From a virus (taxonomy: Duplodnaviria; Heunggongvirae; Uroviricota; Caudoviricetes), in the IMG/VR virus record IMGVR_UViG_2737471863_000001: a DNA stretch of 33,695 nt, one strand, 5' to 3'. Shown here piece by piece: positions 18,400 to 27,160 of the stretch. The notes beneath the pieces were generated by a model. It made no database searches and was not told where the DNA came from. It saw only the letters and a program-made list of their open reading frames with translations. The position numbers and the translations under genes were made by a program. The stretch's first letter is position 1. Every line of letters begins with the position of its first letter.

Positions 18400-19361
18400 T
18401 AGTTGTTCTCCTGTTTTGGTTTAGCGGCGAGGAACTCTTCCCCGGTAATACCCATGCTGCGACACATCGCCAGTTCGGCGTCGGTCAGTGTCTGCGCGGG
18501 TTTATCCTTGCCCTGGCTGGGCTTGTCGTTGTTCACCAGCGGCTGTGTGCCTTTGGTGTATTCCGCAAACTGTTTGCGGCCTTCTTCCGTGCGGCAGGTG
18601 GCAAGGAACATGTCACGGTTTGCCGGGGCCACTTTTCCGGCTTCGATGGCCGCATCCACAAGCGCCCCGGCTTCCTTCTCTTCCAGTTGCTGAAGGCGTT
18701 TTTCTGCGGTTTCGGCACGGTTCAGTGCCAGATTGTGGGTTTCCACCGGCACAAACTTCGTCAGATCAGGTGTCTGTGCGCGGTTCAGCGCCACCTGTTC
18801 GTTCTCCTGAAGTTGTTTAATGGCAGCCACGGTATCGTCCACCGTAGCGGATTCAGCCAGCCCAAGCAGGCCGGTGATTTGCACAGGTACTGTCATCGGG
18901 TTTTTCTCCGTATTCAGTGCAGGAAAATCCAGGTTAGGTTTGTTGGTCAGCCCGACGCTGGACAGGCGCGTCACCACACCCTCCGCGTCATAGAAAAACG
19001 CCGGGCTGTAATAGCGGTAGCGACGCTCACTCAGCATCCAGCGGGCGTACTCGCTCCAGACAACACGGCCTTCAATGGTGCCGCCATCCGTCACCCGCAG
19101 TTCTTCCACCCAGCCATACGCCGGGGCTTCATCACCGCGTTGCCCTTTAATTTCGGTGGCATGTTCAATGTCCACCGGAATTTTGATGTCGGACGAACGG
19201 GCGATCACCTCATGCGGATTGCGGTTAATCCACGTCCGTCCATCGCGCCCGGTGAACTCACCCGCAGGGACGAGCTCAAGCCATTCCGGCAGTTGAGCAG
19301 GTGTCAGCTCAGGGATGGGTTCTGGCAGGGAAAAACACAGCGCCAGCAGTTCCGGTTGCAT
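18399..19361 (-). CDS. head maturation protease / scaffold protein (Mu I-like)
   Basis: 320 aa, ATG 19361; Glu/Ala-rich coiled-coil C-terminal half typical of scaffold. Confidence 0.75.
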   Translation of the reverse strand: MQPELLALCFSLPEPIPELTPAQLPEWLELVPAGEFTGRDGRTWINRNPHEVIARSSDIKIPVDIEHATEIKGQRGDEAPAYGWVEELRVTDGGTIEGRVVWSEYARWMLSERRYRYYSPAFFYDAEGVVTRLSSVGLTNKPNLDFPALNTEKNPMTVPVQITGLLGLAESATVDDTVAAIKQLQENEQVALNRAQTPDLTKFVPVETHNLALNRAETAEKRLQQLEEKEAGALVDAAIEAGKVAPANRDMFLATCRTEEGRKQFAEYTKGTQPLVNNDKPSQGKDKPAQTLTDAELAMCRSMGITGEEFLAAKPKQENN

Positions 19362-19410
19362 GTCAGTCTCCGTCGTTTGGGGTTACCGACGGTCAGTATG
19401 CGGAAGGCAG

Positions 19411-19436
19411 AAAAAAAGCCGGATTTACCGGCTTCA
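19411..19436 (-). terminator. rho-independent terminator (second of two after F)
   Basis: Minus strand reads AAGCCGG-TAAAT-CCGGCTT followed by TTTTTTT; identical to the copy at 27131-27156. Confidence 0.5.
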
Positions 19437-19523
19437 CTGAAAACAGGGAAATACCCCCTTCAAAACCCCTTCAAAAACGCCACAGCACCTTCAAAAAAGT
19501 CAGAATGCACATTCACGCCATCA

Positions 19524-19551
19524 GAATAAAAAACGCATTTCTGATGCGTTT
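19524..19551 (-). terminator. rho-independent terminator 24 nt after the F stop
   Basis: Stem aaacgcat / atgcgttt (19531-19538, 19544-19551), 5-nt loop, followed on the minus strand by UUUUUUAU. Confidence 0.45.
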
Positions 19552-19574
19552 CAGGGGGATTTACGGCGGGAGGG

Positions 19575-20339
19575 TTACTCACTGTCAAAACGGGCCTGTT
19601 TTGTCGCCAGCTGGCGCGCCAGCTCCTGCTCACGGTTTATGCCGGGATTGTAGTTCCAGCCCGGATCAATCCCTTCCGGTACATCTTCCTCTTCGCCCGT
19701 GCGTTTGTTCACCCAGCGGACAGTCCGGATTTCCGGCGCTTCGGTCTGAATGGTGCCCTGTGCCGCCAGTTGCGCATACTCACCACGGCTGACCTGACGG
19801 ATGGTGCATTTGCAGCCCCAGCCGTTAGGGGCAAAATGCGTCTGCCAGAACGGATGATCTACCGGCAGACACAGACGCGCCCATTTCACATGCTCCGCCC
19901 GGTGCTCGCGGGATGGCCCCAGCTCATAAATCAGATACGGCATGGCCCGCTTTGTCCGCTGAATGCGTTCCCACTGGCCCGCCGCGCGGGCGGTGCGCAT
20001 GTTGGTGTCAAAAATCGTGCGGAGGCGGCGGTCGCTGCCCAACTGTACGGTGCGCCTTTCACCCGTCAGCGGATCATCCATCTCCTGAACGCCCCACCAT
20101 CCGCGCTTTATCAGCAGCGGTTGCAGCGCCTCCCGGAACTCGCTGAACGTCTGCCCGCTTTGCAGGGCGTCTTCCACAAGGGCTTTCACATCCGACAACA
20201 AATCCAGTTGCAGCATTTTTGCCACGGTGAAGCTGTTCCGGTGCTCTTCCCGCCACACATCCCGGTAATCAAAACCGGGGCGCAGCTTCTTCGCCTTCAG
20301 CCACGCCAGCGCCTCTTTCGGGATGAGGGTTTCACGCAT
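19575..20339 (-). CDS. head morphogenesis protein (Mu F-like)
   Basis: Start taken at ATG 20339 (GGGGGA SD), overlapping the portal stop by 8 nt; track ORF opens at TTG 20396. Confidence 0.7.
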   Translation of the reverse strand: MRETLIPKEALAWLKAKKLRPGFDYRDVWREEHRNSFTVAKMLQLDLLSDVKALVEDALQSGQTFSEFREALQPLLIKRGWWGVQEMDDPLTGERRTVQLGSDRRLRTIFDTNMRTARAAGQWERIQRTKRAMPYLIYELGPSREHRAEHVKWARLCLPVDHPFWQTHFAPNGWGCKCTIRQVSRGEYAQLAAQGTIQTEAPEIRTVRWVNKRTGEEEDVPEGIDPGWNYNPGINREQELARQLATKQARFDSE

Positions 20340-21903
20340 GGCCGGTGTCCCCCAGCGCACGCGCCTTAAAGCACACCTCCGCCAGTTGCAGGGCAAAGTC
20401 GTCCGCGTTCAGCGTTTCCTGAAGCTCAGGCAGGCGTTTCAGAAAGTCATCAAAACTGTCGCATTCCTGCGCCAGTGTCAGCACCGGGTTCGTGAACGCT
20501 TCGCCGGTTTTCTGCCAGTCACGCAGGGCATCATCCACCATCTGTGCCAGTTCGTCGGGGTGTTCCCGGTTCAGGGCGACGCGCTCGCGGTTCATCGCCA
20601 CATCACCTGACATTCCGGCAGACACCGGATGCAGAACATCAGCCCCGTCGTCCGGTTCAGCCAGGCCGAACCGGTCCCGCAGCTCCGATTCCTGAACCCG
20701 CATCCCCCGGTCAATCAGCGGCACCAGAGCATCTGTCAGCGCCTTCAGATCTTCCGCTTCACTGATACGCAGAACAACACGAGGATAGTGCGCCTGTGGC
20801 CCGTAGTTGGCCTCGATGTAGGGACGCACCAGATATTCATTCAGCGTGTTAGCCAGTTGCCGTGCATCCCAGCGCACAATGTCCATGCGCACCTGATTGT
20901 GCACGTCCGCCTGTGAACGCGAACTGCCGTTATCCGTGGTCATGGTCTGCCCCAGCACAGCCTTACTGATTTGCGCATCACACCATTCCGCCATTTCACG
21001 GAACAGTGCGCCGCCGTTATTCCGGCTGGCGGTTTCCTTCATCTCCAGTTGCATGGACTGCGGAATGGCACACCCGGCATCCGAGGCAATGGAGGCAATC
21101 GCATCAATCAGCACGCGGATTTGCTCCTCCGTGGCGTTGGGACCGTATTTCCCCACCGTGACCGGAATGCCAAATTTTTCCGCGAATGCCCACCAGTCGC
21201 GCACGGTAAAGGATTTCAGCATGTACATCACCGCCACCAGACGGGCCAGACCGTTACGCAACGGCAGACCGGATTTCAGGCGAGGCTGGTGAACAATGAA
21301 TTTTCCCGGTGTCAGCAGTACGCCATCCACCGGTTCGTCATCCGTCAGCAGGCGGAACTGGCGCAGCGTGGGCTTTTCGGCTTTCAGAAAACGGGGATCA
21401 ACCCACTCATAATCACGGGGCATCCAGTGGTTGTTGCGGGTGTCCCACAGGATTTCACAGACCGCCACGCCTTTTCCCAGCCCGTCGAGCAAATCAAACA
21501 TCAGTTCGGGGATTTGCGGGGCTTCCATCAGTGCACGGATGGCGTCCGCCAGTTGCACGTCAGCATCGTCATCACTGGCGGCCACCACCACCGGTTCGAT
21601 ACCCGCCACCGTCAGCTTGCGGGTGCGCAGCACCGAGGCGTAATGCAAATCGCGTTCTTCCATCTCTTCGGCAAGGATAAAAAAATCACGTGTGATGCCG
21701 TCGGCGGCATTGCGCAGAATGCCTGCCAGCCTGCCGGGGTTCAGCCCGGAGGCGATGCTGATGCCCGGCGAGGCCGAACGCACGCCAGCCTGACGCGGAC
21801 GGGCCTGTGCTTCGTTGAGCGCCTCTTTTTTCAGCGTGTCTTCCTCACCGGTTGCCGGGTTCAGCAGACGGCGAACGGCCCCGGCCAGTTGTTTCAGGTT
21901 CAC
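20332..21903 (-). CDS. portal protein (Mu H/gp29-like)
   Basis: 523 aa; starts at GTG 21903 with GAGGGAGG SD, overlapping the terminase stop (GTGA); no in-frame ATG nearby. Confidence 0.85.
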   Translation of the reverse strand: MNLKQLAGAVRRLLNPATGEEDTLKKEALNEAQARPRQAGVRSASPGISIASGLNPGRLAGILRNAADGITRDFFILAEEMEERDLHYASVLRTRKLTVAGIEPVVVAASDDDADVQLADAIRALMEAPQIPELMFDLLDGLGKGVAVCEILWDTRNNHWMPRDYEWVDPRFLKAEKPTLRQFRLLTDDEPVDGVLLTPGKFIVHQPRLKSGLPLRNGLARLVAVMYMLKSFTVRDWWAFAEKFGIPVTVGKYGPNATEEQIRVLIDAIASIASDAGCAIPQSMQLEMKETASRNNGGALFREMAEWCDAQISKAVLGQTMTTDNGSSRSQADVHNQVRMDIVRWDARQLANTLNEYLVRPYIEANYGPQAHYPRVVLRISEAEDLKALTDALVPLIDRGMRVQESELRDRFGLAEPDDGADVLHPVSAGMSGDVAMNRERVALNREHPDELAQMVDDALRDWQKTGEAFTNPVLTLAQECDSFDDFLKRLPELQETLNADDFALQLAEVCFKARALGDTGHA

Positions 21904-23435
21904 AGTAAACCTCCCTCATTTTTCAGGCCGCGTGTCAGCTTCATCTGGCGGCGCGCGTTGCGTTCTTCCGGTTTCGCCGGGCGGTTCAGGCGGTGCAGCT
22001 CGTAACGGTGGCAGTCATCCTTGCTGGCAAGGAACCCCAGGAAAATGGCCACAGCGGCGTCGCCGTGACGCTTGCGGCCATCGCTGCCTTTAGTACGGGT
22101 ATCGTCAATGCCGGGAACGCCACGCAGTAACTGAATGGCCCCGAGGTCATTGATCACGTCTTCATGCTTCGGAAGGATCAGCTCATCATCTTCAAATGCT
22201 GCACGGAAACGGGGCATGTTTTCGCGGTAGAACGCCACGGACAGCATCACCTGTTCCACTTCGTCGCCGTACCGCTCCGCCGCCTGTTCTGCCAGATACT
22301 GACCATTCCCCCGCGCATCCATTTTGATACCGTCACGACGGGGTAGACGATCGCAAATCCAGAACAGCACCTGCTCCTGCTGTTTAAACGGCACATTGCC
22401 AAGCTCAACCAGGAACGGCACCTCGCGGGTGGTGTCATCGTTCACCGTCACCGGGGCCAGTACGGTCAGGTCACCCGAACGCGCAAAGTCTTCCCCCAGA
22501 CAGTGGCGCAGGTTCTTCGGGAGTTTTTCCAGCTCGGGGCGCACCACTGTTTCCAGCCATTCCCGGATATCTGCCCGGCGCTGGCTTTCCGTCAGTGCGT
22601 TAAATTCCGGTGTGCCGGTAAAGCGCAGCACTTTTCCGGTGCCACGGGCCGCACGTTCACGCAGTGAGCGGGGAATATACGTGCCGCCGCCGTTTTTCGG
22701 GACGCAGTAATATTCCTCCAGTGCGTCTTCGCGGGTGGCGGTATTTCGCAGCAGGCCTTCTTTCCATTCCGCCTCGGCTTCCGGTGACCACACCATGCCG
22801 CGCACCTGACAGATACGCCGGTACAGCCCGTCATTGCAGGCGTCATCCAGCGTGATGGTGTGAATGCTGTAATCTTTTTTGCCCGCACGGCTTTCCTGAA
22901 TCAGCTGGTTAAACAGGTTGTCCACGCCGTCATGGGTGGAAATAAGGCGAATTTTGCCGCCCCATGTTTTCAGCGGCAGCACGGCCTTCAGCAGTTCGTC
23001 CAGTTTTTCATGGAATGCGGCTTCGTCGATGGTGACATTCCCCTGCATCCCGCGAATGTTGCTCGGGTTGCTGGACAGTGCCTTGACCTTAAAACCGCTG
23101 GCGAAGTACACGACGAACGTCAGAATGTCCTTGTCTTCGTCGGTGATCACTTCCTCGCAGATTTCTTCCGCTGCCGCATTAAACGCTTTCGCCCACATCG
23201 CCACGGCGTCGATAAATTCGCGGGCCATCTCCTTATTCGAACCGATATAAAAGTGATCGCGCCCGCCGTCTTCCTTCTTCAGCGATGCCGTCAGTGCCGC
23301 ATCTGCCGCCTCCGCCCAGGTTAAACCGGTACGGCGGGATTTCTCGGCGATTTTCAGGTCGGCATCATCCGCCACCCAGCGTTTCTGATACGGCAGCAGA
23401 ACATCATATTCACTGAACGTGTCCATTTGTGTCAT
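21900..23435 (-). CDS. terminase large subunit (Mu E/gp28-like)
   Basis: 511 aa, ATG 23435 overlapping the upstream stop (ATGA); size and position typical. Confidence 0.85.
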   Translation of the reverse strand: MTQMDTFSEYDVLLPYQKRWVADDADLKIAEKSRRTGLTWAEAADAALTASLKKEDGGRDHFYIGSNKEMAREFIDAVAMWAKAFNAAAEEICEEVITDEDKDILTFVVYFASGFKVKALSSNPSNIRGMQGNVTIDEAAFHEKLDELLKAVLPLKTWGGKIRLISTHDGVDNLFNQLIQESRAGKKDYSIHTITLDDACNDGLYRRICQVRGMVWSPEAEAEWKEGLLRNTATREDALEEYYCVPKNGGGTYIPRSLRERAARGTGKVLRFTGTPEFNALTESQRRADIREWLETVVRPELEKLPKNLRHCLGEDFARSGDLTVLAPVTVNDDTTREVPFLVELGNVPFKQQEQVLFWICDRLPRRDGIKMDARGNGQYLAEQAAERYGDEVEQVMLSVAFYRENMPRFRAAFEDDELILPKHEDVINDLGAIQLLRGVPGIDDTRTKGSDGRKRHGDAAVAIFLGFLASKDDCHRYELHRLNRPAKPEERNARRQMKLTRGLKNEGGLL

Positions 23436-24013
23436 GCGCTAATCCCCAGAATTTCACGTTTGATGGTGTCAGCCGCACCGCCTGACAGACCGCCCGTTCT
23501 GACCAGTTCTTCGGTTTTCTCTGCCATCTCCTGCGCAAACGCATCGCGGATCGCTTTCTCGCGTTTATGGCTGGTCATGGCTGCCGCTTCCAGACGCTGG
23601 GCAACCAGCGCCAGTTGCCCCAGCGCTTTCGGTGCAACTGGCTTGTCGTCTTCTGCCATCGACATGGACGTTTCAAAGGCCAGCGTTTTTACAAACTCCA
23701 TCAGCAGCTTGCCGACGTCAGACGTCGGTGCAGAACCCAGCTTTGCCGCCCAGACTTCGGCCATTTCGCGGGAGGCGCGGATTTTGGCCCCGACTTTTTC
23801 CATGCGGATGGCATAGCGGTTTAAGCCCGTCCGGCTTAACTGCATCTCTTCCGGCAGGTTATGTTCGTCAATCAGGGCGTTGATGGCTTCGCGGATTTCT
23901 TCCTGCGTGTGCCGCTTTTCCCGCAGCATCTGATGCAACTGCTCCCGGATGCTGTCCGGGAGTAAATCCACTTTGGAAAGACGGCCACGGGTGGGGCGTT
24001 GTTCATTTTCCAT
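23432..24013 (-). CDS. Mu gp27/D-like protein (putative terminase small subunit)
   Basis: Track ORF opens at GTG 24034; the first ATG at 24013 has a strong AGGAGG SD 7 nt upstream, giving 193 aa. Confidence 0.55.
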   Translation of the reverse strand: MENEQRPTRGRLSKVDLLPDSIREQLHQMLREKRHTQEEIREAINALIDEHNLPEEMQLSRTGLNRYAIRMEKVGAKIRASREMAEVWAAKLGSAPTSDVGKLLMEFVKTLAFETSMSMAEDDKPVAPKALGQLALVAQRLEAAAMTSHKREKAIRDAFAQEMAEKTEELVRTGGLSGGAADTIKREILGISA

Positions 24014-24150
24014 GTGTGCCCTCCTGTTGCTCACTACGCTGTAAACTTTCGTATGCAGATTTCAGTGCGCCGCTCTGGATTTCCCGCCATGTCAGGTTGT
24101 GCGCCAGACGGCGGAGTTCATCACGGGACGCTTTACTTATCGGATTCTTT

Positions 24151-24450
24151 TTACGGTTCACGACGGCCCCCGTCTTCAGTTCCCGGTGTTTTCAGACCGG
24201 CGTATATTTCTTCGCGAACGGAGCGGATATCCTTACCCAGCAGCTTCCACAGCCGCGCACATGCCGGTGATGAACGCAGGGCACGTTTCATGGGGGTATC
24301 CGGTGCATCCGGGTTCCAGGGCTTTCCGGTCTGTTGTTCGTATGCACAGGCAATGGCCTTTTGCTCAATATCTGCCAGCACAAGGCAGTACGCCAGCTGC
24401 CGCACGACGGCCCGTTCTCCGCGACTTAACGGCTTCAGTTTTCGGGCCAT
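24151..24450 (-). CDS. hypothetical protein (lysis-head junction)
   Basis: 99 aa, ATG 24450 with GAGGGA SD; no family recognised. Confidence 0.4.
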   Translation of the reverse strand: MARKLKPLSRGERAVVRQLAYCLVLADIEQKAIACAYEQQTGKPWNPDAPDTPMKRALRSSPACARLWKLLGKDIRSVREEIYAGLKTPGTEDGGRREP

Positions 24451-24452
24451 GC

Positions 24453-24746
24453 TCAGTCCCTCGCACGGGGTTTTTTAACGCCCGGAACGCTGGACTGGCC
24501 GTTTGCCACATCCTCGCCGCTGCCGGTGATTTCAGCCACGTAACAGCCGCCCACATCAGACAGACGAACCAGCCCCTGCTCGCGAAGCCATGCAAGCTGG
24601 GTGCGCACCACATCACGGGATACCTTATGACCGTAAGCCTGAAGGCAGGTCTGCAACACGGATTCATTCGCGCTGTCGCCACAGTCCAGCAGGGAACGCA
24701 GCAACACCAGACGACGGTCTTCAGTGAGGATCTCTTTCATCGCCAT
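24453..24746 (-). CDS. hypothetical protein, possible winged-helix fold
   Basis: 97 aa, ATG 24746 overlapping the upstream stop (TAATG). Confidence 0.4.
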   Translation of the reverse strand: MAMKEILTEDRRLVLLRSLLDCGDSANESVLQTCLQAYGHKVSRDVVRTQLAWLREQGLVRLSDVGGCYVAEITGSGEDVANGQSSVPGVKKPRARD

Positions 24747-25051
24747 TAATTTTTTTCCTTTAACTCGTTCTCTAATAACAAATCACTGATGCGGGATACC
24801 TGGCGGATGGATGGCCCCAGCTCTTTGATTTCTCCCCGCAGGTTGCTGATATCCAGTTGCAGACGGTGGAACTCATCACGATCAGGTAGCTGATGTACCT
24901 GGCTTTCCATCACCGACACGCGGGAACGCAACAAATCAAACTCTTCGCGTTTGACGTACGTCTTCGCCAGAATCAACTGAAGCAGGTTTATTGCTGTCAT
25001 TAACAGCGCCCACAGAATGGGCCAGTTGGCTCTAATCATTTCCCAGGACAC
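24746..25051 (-). CDS. membrane-anchored coiled-coil protein, lysis accessory (spanin/releasin-like)
   Basis: Hydrophobic N-terminus WPILWALLMTAINLLQLILA then a charged helical region; start GTG 25051 (AGGAGG SD) or ATG 25039 (ATGA coupling). Confidence 0.45.
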   Translation of the reverse strand: MSWEMIRANWPILWALLMTAINLLQLILAKTYVKREEFDLLRSRVSVMESQVHQLPDRDEFHRLQLDISNLRGEIKELGPSIRQVSRISDLLLENELKEKN

Positions 25052-25263
25052 GTCTTCCTCCTGCGTTCCCGCATCTGCTGACAGTCAATACAGGTCACCA
25101 CATCCGGCAGCGCCGCAAGGCGCTGTACCGGAATAACGTTCCCGCAGTCATTGCAGAAGCCCCGACTGTGGGGCGCTTCTTTTGTCCGTATCTGCCAGGC
25201 TTTAACGACGCTCTGACGCTCGTTCAGAACCACTTCACTGATGCGGTCGATTTCGTCGGTCAT
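25036..25263 (-). CDS. TraR/DksA-family C4 zinc-finger protein
   Basis: 75 aa, ATG 25263 (ATGA overlap); CNDCGNVIP...VTCIDCQQ spacing matches the TraR/DksA zinc finger. Confidence 0.6.
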   Translation of the reverse strand: MTDEIDRISEVVLNERQSVVKAWQIRTKEAPHSRGFCNDCGNVIPVQRLAALPDVVTCIDCQQMRERRRKTCPGK

Positions 25264-25868
25264 TTCGGCCCCGCAGATATTTTGTGACGGCTTGATTTGC
25301 TGTAACGGGCAAAGCCGTCAAGGGTTCGCACGCCGAGATAGCCCAGCGCAGGGGTAAGCAACATCAGCGTGATATCCCAGTCCGGTGATGGCATATGCAG
25401 CGTGATACCTCTGGCACCGGCAATGGCTCCGGCAATCTGGCCGCAGGAAAGCAACAGCACATAGGCAAGACTGCTGTAACAGGACAGGCGGGCCAGCAAC
25501 GGGCGCGTCTGGCGCACATAGCTGTCCGTGGCGTTGTCACCATTGCGGATGGTTTCCTGCTGTTCGTGGTGTGCGGCCTGCTGATCAGCCAGCACCAGCT
25601 TCTGCCGTTCCACCTCCAGTTGTTGCAACTGAATTTTCAGGGTTTCCAGCTGCATCAGTTGCTCCGGTGACAGCATCACCAGTTTTTGTTCCAGAATGCG
25701 TTGCTGTTCAGCCACCGGCAGGCTTTCCCGGACACTTTCCACCATACCGGCCACCGAGTCAGCGGCGGCAGATGTGCTGCCACCAAACCAGCGCCCGACG
25801 GAACGAATCAGCCCCGGCCCGGCTTTCAGCAGAACAGAGGCGATGCCTGAAAGGGTTAACGGATCCAT
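25260..25868 (-). CDS. membrane protein with central coiled-coil and C-terminal hydrophobic segments (holin/lysis candidate)
   Basis: 202 aa, ATG 25868 with AGGGGGA SD; Gln/Leu-rich helix, then hydrophobic LAYVLLLSCGQIAGAIAGA and ITLMLLTPALGYLGV. Confidence 0.4.
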   Translation of the reverse strand: MDPLTLSGIASVLLKAGPGLIRSVGRWFGGSTSAAADSVAGMVESVRESLPVAEQQRILEQKLVMLSPEQLMQLETLKIQLQQLEVERQKLVLADQQAAHHEQQETIRNGDNATDSYVRQTRPLLARLSCYSSLAYVLLLSCGQIAGAIAGARGITLHMPSPDWDITLMLLTPALGYLGVRTLDGFARYSKSSRHKISAGPK

Positions 25869-26266
25869 GAATCCCCCTTATGAAAACGGCGCTGATGTTT
25901 ATAAAGTGCCGCGCAAAAAATACCGCCCAGCCAGAACGCCAGCTGATAAGGCTCCTTCAGATAAAGAATGCCGAATGTCAGCATGAAAAAACCAACGGCC
26001 CAGACCACCCATGACCACACGACAATTCGAAGGGAAGCGGCCCGGAAACGCCTTTTGGGTTGCAGGCGATAAGGTACGTTGCCCAGCTGGAAACTGTGAA
26101 TCAGACAGAGTGTCGCGCCGTATGCCAGCACCATGACCGCAAACGCCCGCCATCCGGCAAAACAGCTCGCCAGAAAAAGGACTGCCGACAGCCCCAGAAA
26201 CGACCACTGGCACAACATAAAGCGGGAGCAAATAACGCGAACAAAAAGACTATTCATTCTGTGCAT
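25856..26266 (-). CDS. small membrane protein with about four predicted TM helices (holin candidate)
   Basis: Start taken at internal ATG 26266 (AAGGAAA SD), about 136 aa; the 5' part of the track ORF overlaps the preceding gene and lacks an SD. Confidence 0.4.
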   Translation of the reverse strand: MHRMNSLFVRVICSRFMLCQWSFLGLSAVLFLASCFAGWRAFAVMVLAYGATLCLIHSFQLGNVPYRLQPKRRFRAASLRIVVWSWVVWAVGFFMLTFGILYLKEPYQLAFWLGGIFCAALYKHQRRFHKGDSWIR

Positions 26267-26477
26267 TGAGTTTTTCCTTGTACTTCTGGCACTGCCAGAA
26301 AATGTCCCGTGTATCCACGGCGTTCCAGCCACGCATGTAGTAGCTGGCGTGTGTGCCGTCATGGCCGGTATAGTCCAGCGGTTTCGGGGGCGGACCTCCG
26401 GCCATGCGGTGCAGAACCTCCTGACGCAGGCGGTCACGCCGCCCGGCTTTCAGTGAGGCATCCCAGCCTTTGCCCAT
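26250..26477 (-). CDS. hypothetical 75-aa protein directly after the endolysin
   Basis: ATG 26477 two nt after the lys stop, with GGGGGTGA SD; soluble, no family recognised. Confidence 0.35.
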   Translation of the reverse strand: MGKGWDASLKAGRRDRLRQEVLHRMAGGPPPKPLDYTGHDGTHASYYMRGWNAVDTRDIFWQCQKYKEKLNAQNE

Positions 26478-26478
26478 A

Positions 26479-27075
26479 TCACCCCCGCGTGGCGGACATG
26501 ATGCCCAGAGGGGTATCGATGATTTCCAGACAGGCGTCGGTCAGCTTTTCCATGCGGTTAAACCAGCCGTTCAGGTATTTGCCCTGGGCGGGTTTTGATT
26601 TGATGATGTCGGCATAAAAGCGGGAGCGACGGACAATACAGCGGGCCAGCAGCCAGTCAGGGGTGGACTGGCTCACGGCCTTGCGGGTACGCGGCCCGAT
26701 GATGCCGTCAGCATCCACATCAGCGGCTTCCTGCAAAAGTTTGATAGCCTTTTTAACGCCATGCTGAACCGCCGCATCAAACACAAAAAGCGCCACGCCA
26801 TCAGGCCACTGGTCACATCCGGCAGGCAGCCAGTAATCACGCAGGTAAATCTGTGCGGCCTGTTCGCGGGTTAAATCTTTGATGCGGGTATCCGGTTTAC
26901 CGTCACCGTTGACATCGGTTTTGCCGTCAATCACACCGTCGCGGCGGTCAGAAATGCCGTATTTGGTTTCGCCGCCACGGTCAGTGGAGTCATTGACATA
27001 GACGCCTTCGATATCGGGACGCAGAATGAAATTCAGCGCATGCTCAAAGGCCGGGGAGAATTTTTGATTTTCCAT
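26479..27075 (-). CDS. endolysin: GH108-type lysozyme domain with C-terminal peptidoglycan-binding domain, no N-terminal SAR/TM segment
   Basis: 198 aa, ATG 27075; hallmark IEGVYVNDSTDRGGETKYGIS of the GH108 family; no hydrophobic N-terminus. Confidence 0.8.
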   Translation of the reverse strand: MENQKFSPAFEHALNFILRPDIEGVYVNDSTDRGGETKYGISDRRDGVIDGKTDVNGDGKPDTRIKDLTREQAAQIYLRDYWLPAGCDQWPDGVALFVFDAAVQHGVKKAIKLLQEAADVDADGIIGPRTRKAVSQSTPDWLLARCIVRRSRFYADIIKSKPAQGKYLNGWFNRMEKLTDACLEIIDTPLGIMSATRG

Positions 27076-27130
27076 AAAAACACCTGTGAAGCAGAGTTAA
27101 ACGTGGTCTGCTTCATGGTGCCGGAGGCAT

Positions 27131-27156
27131 AAAAAAAGCCGGATTTACCGGCTTCA
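27131..27156 (-). terminator. rho-independent terminator between the Mor/C gene and lys
   Basis: Same 26-nt element as 19411-19436; begins 5 nt after the Mor/C stop (27161). Confidence 0.55.
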
Positions 27157-27160
27157 TTGA

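Noticed and set aside
19457-19498. CRISPR array
   Set aside because: Only three 9-bp repeats with 2-11 bp gaps; far too short and irregular, and no other repeat-spacer structure was seen in the window.
20971-22005. 344-aa plus-strand ORF
   Set aside because: Antisense to the portal and terminase genes; His/Arg/Gln-rich low-complexity translation; the same applies to the other long plus-strand ORFs (7166-7789, 12026-12754, 13370-14116, 14561-15208, 18687-19529, 24099-24749).
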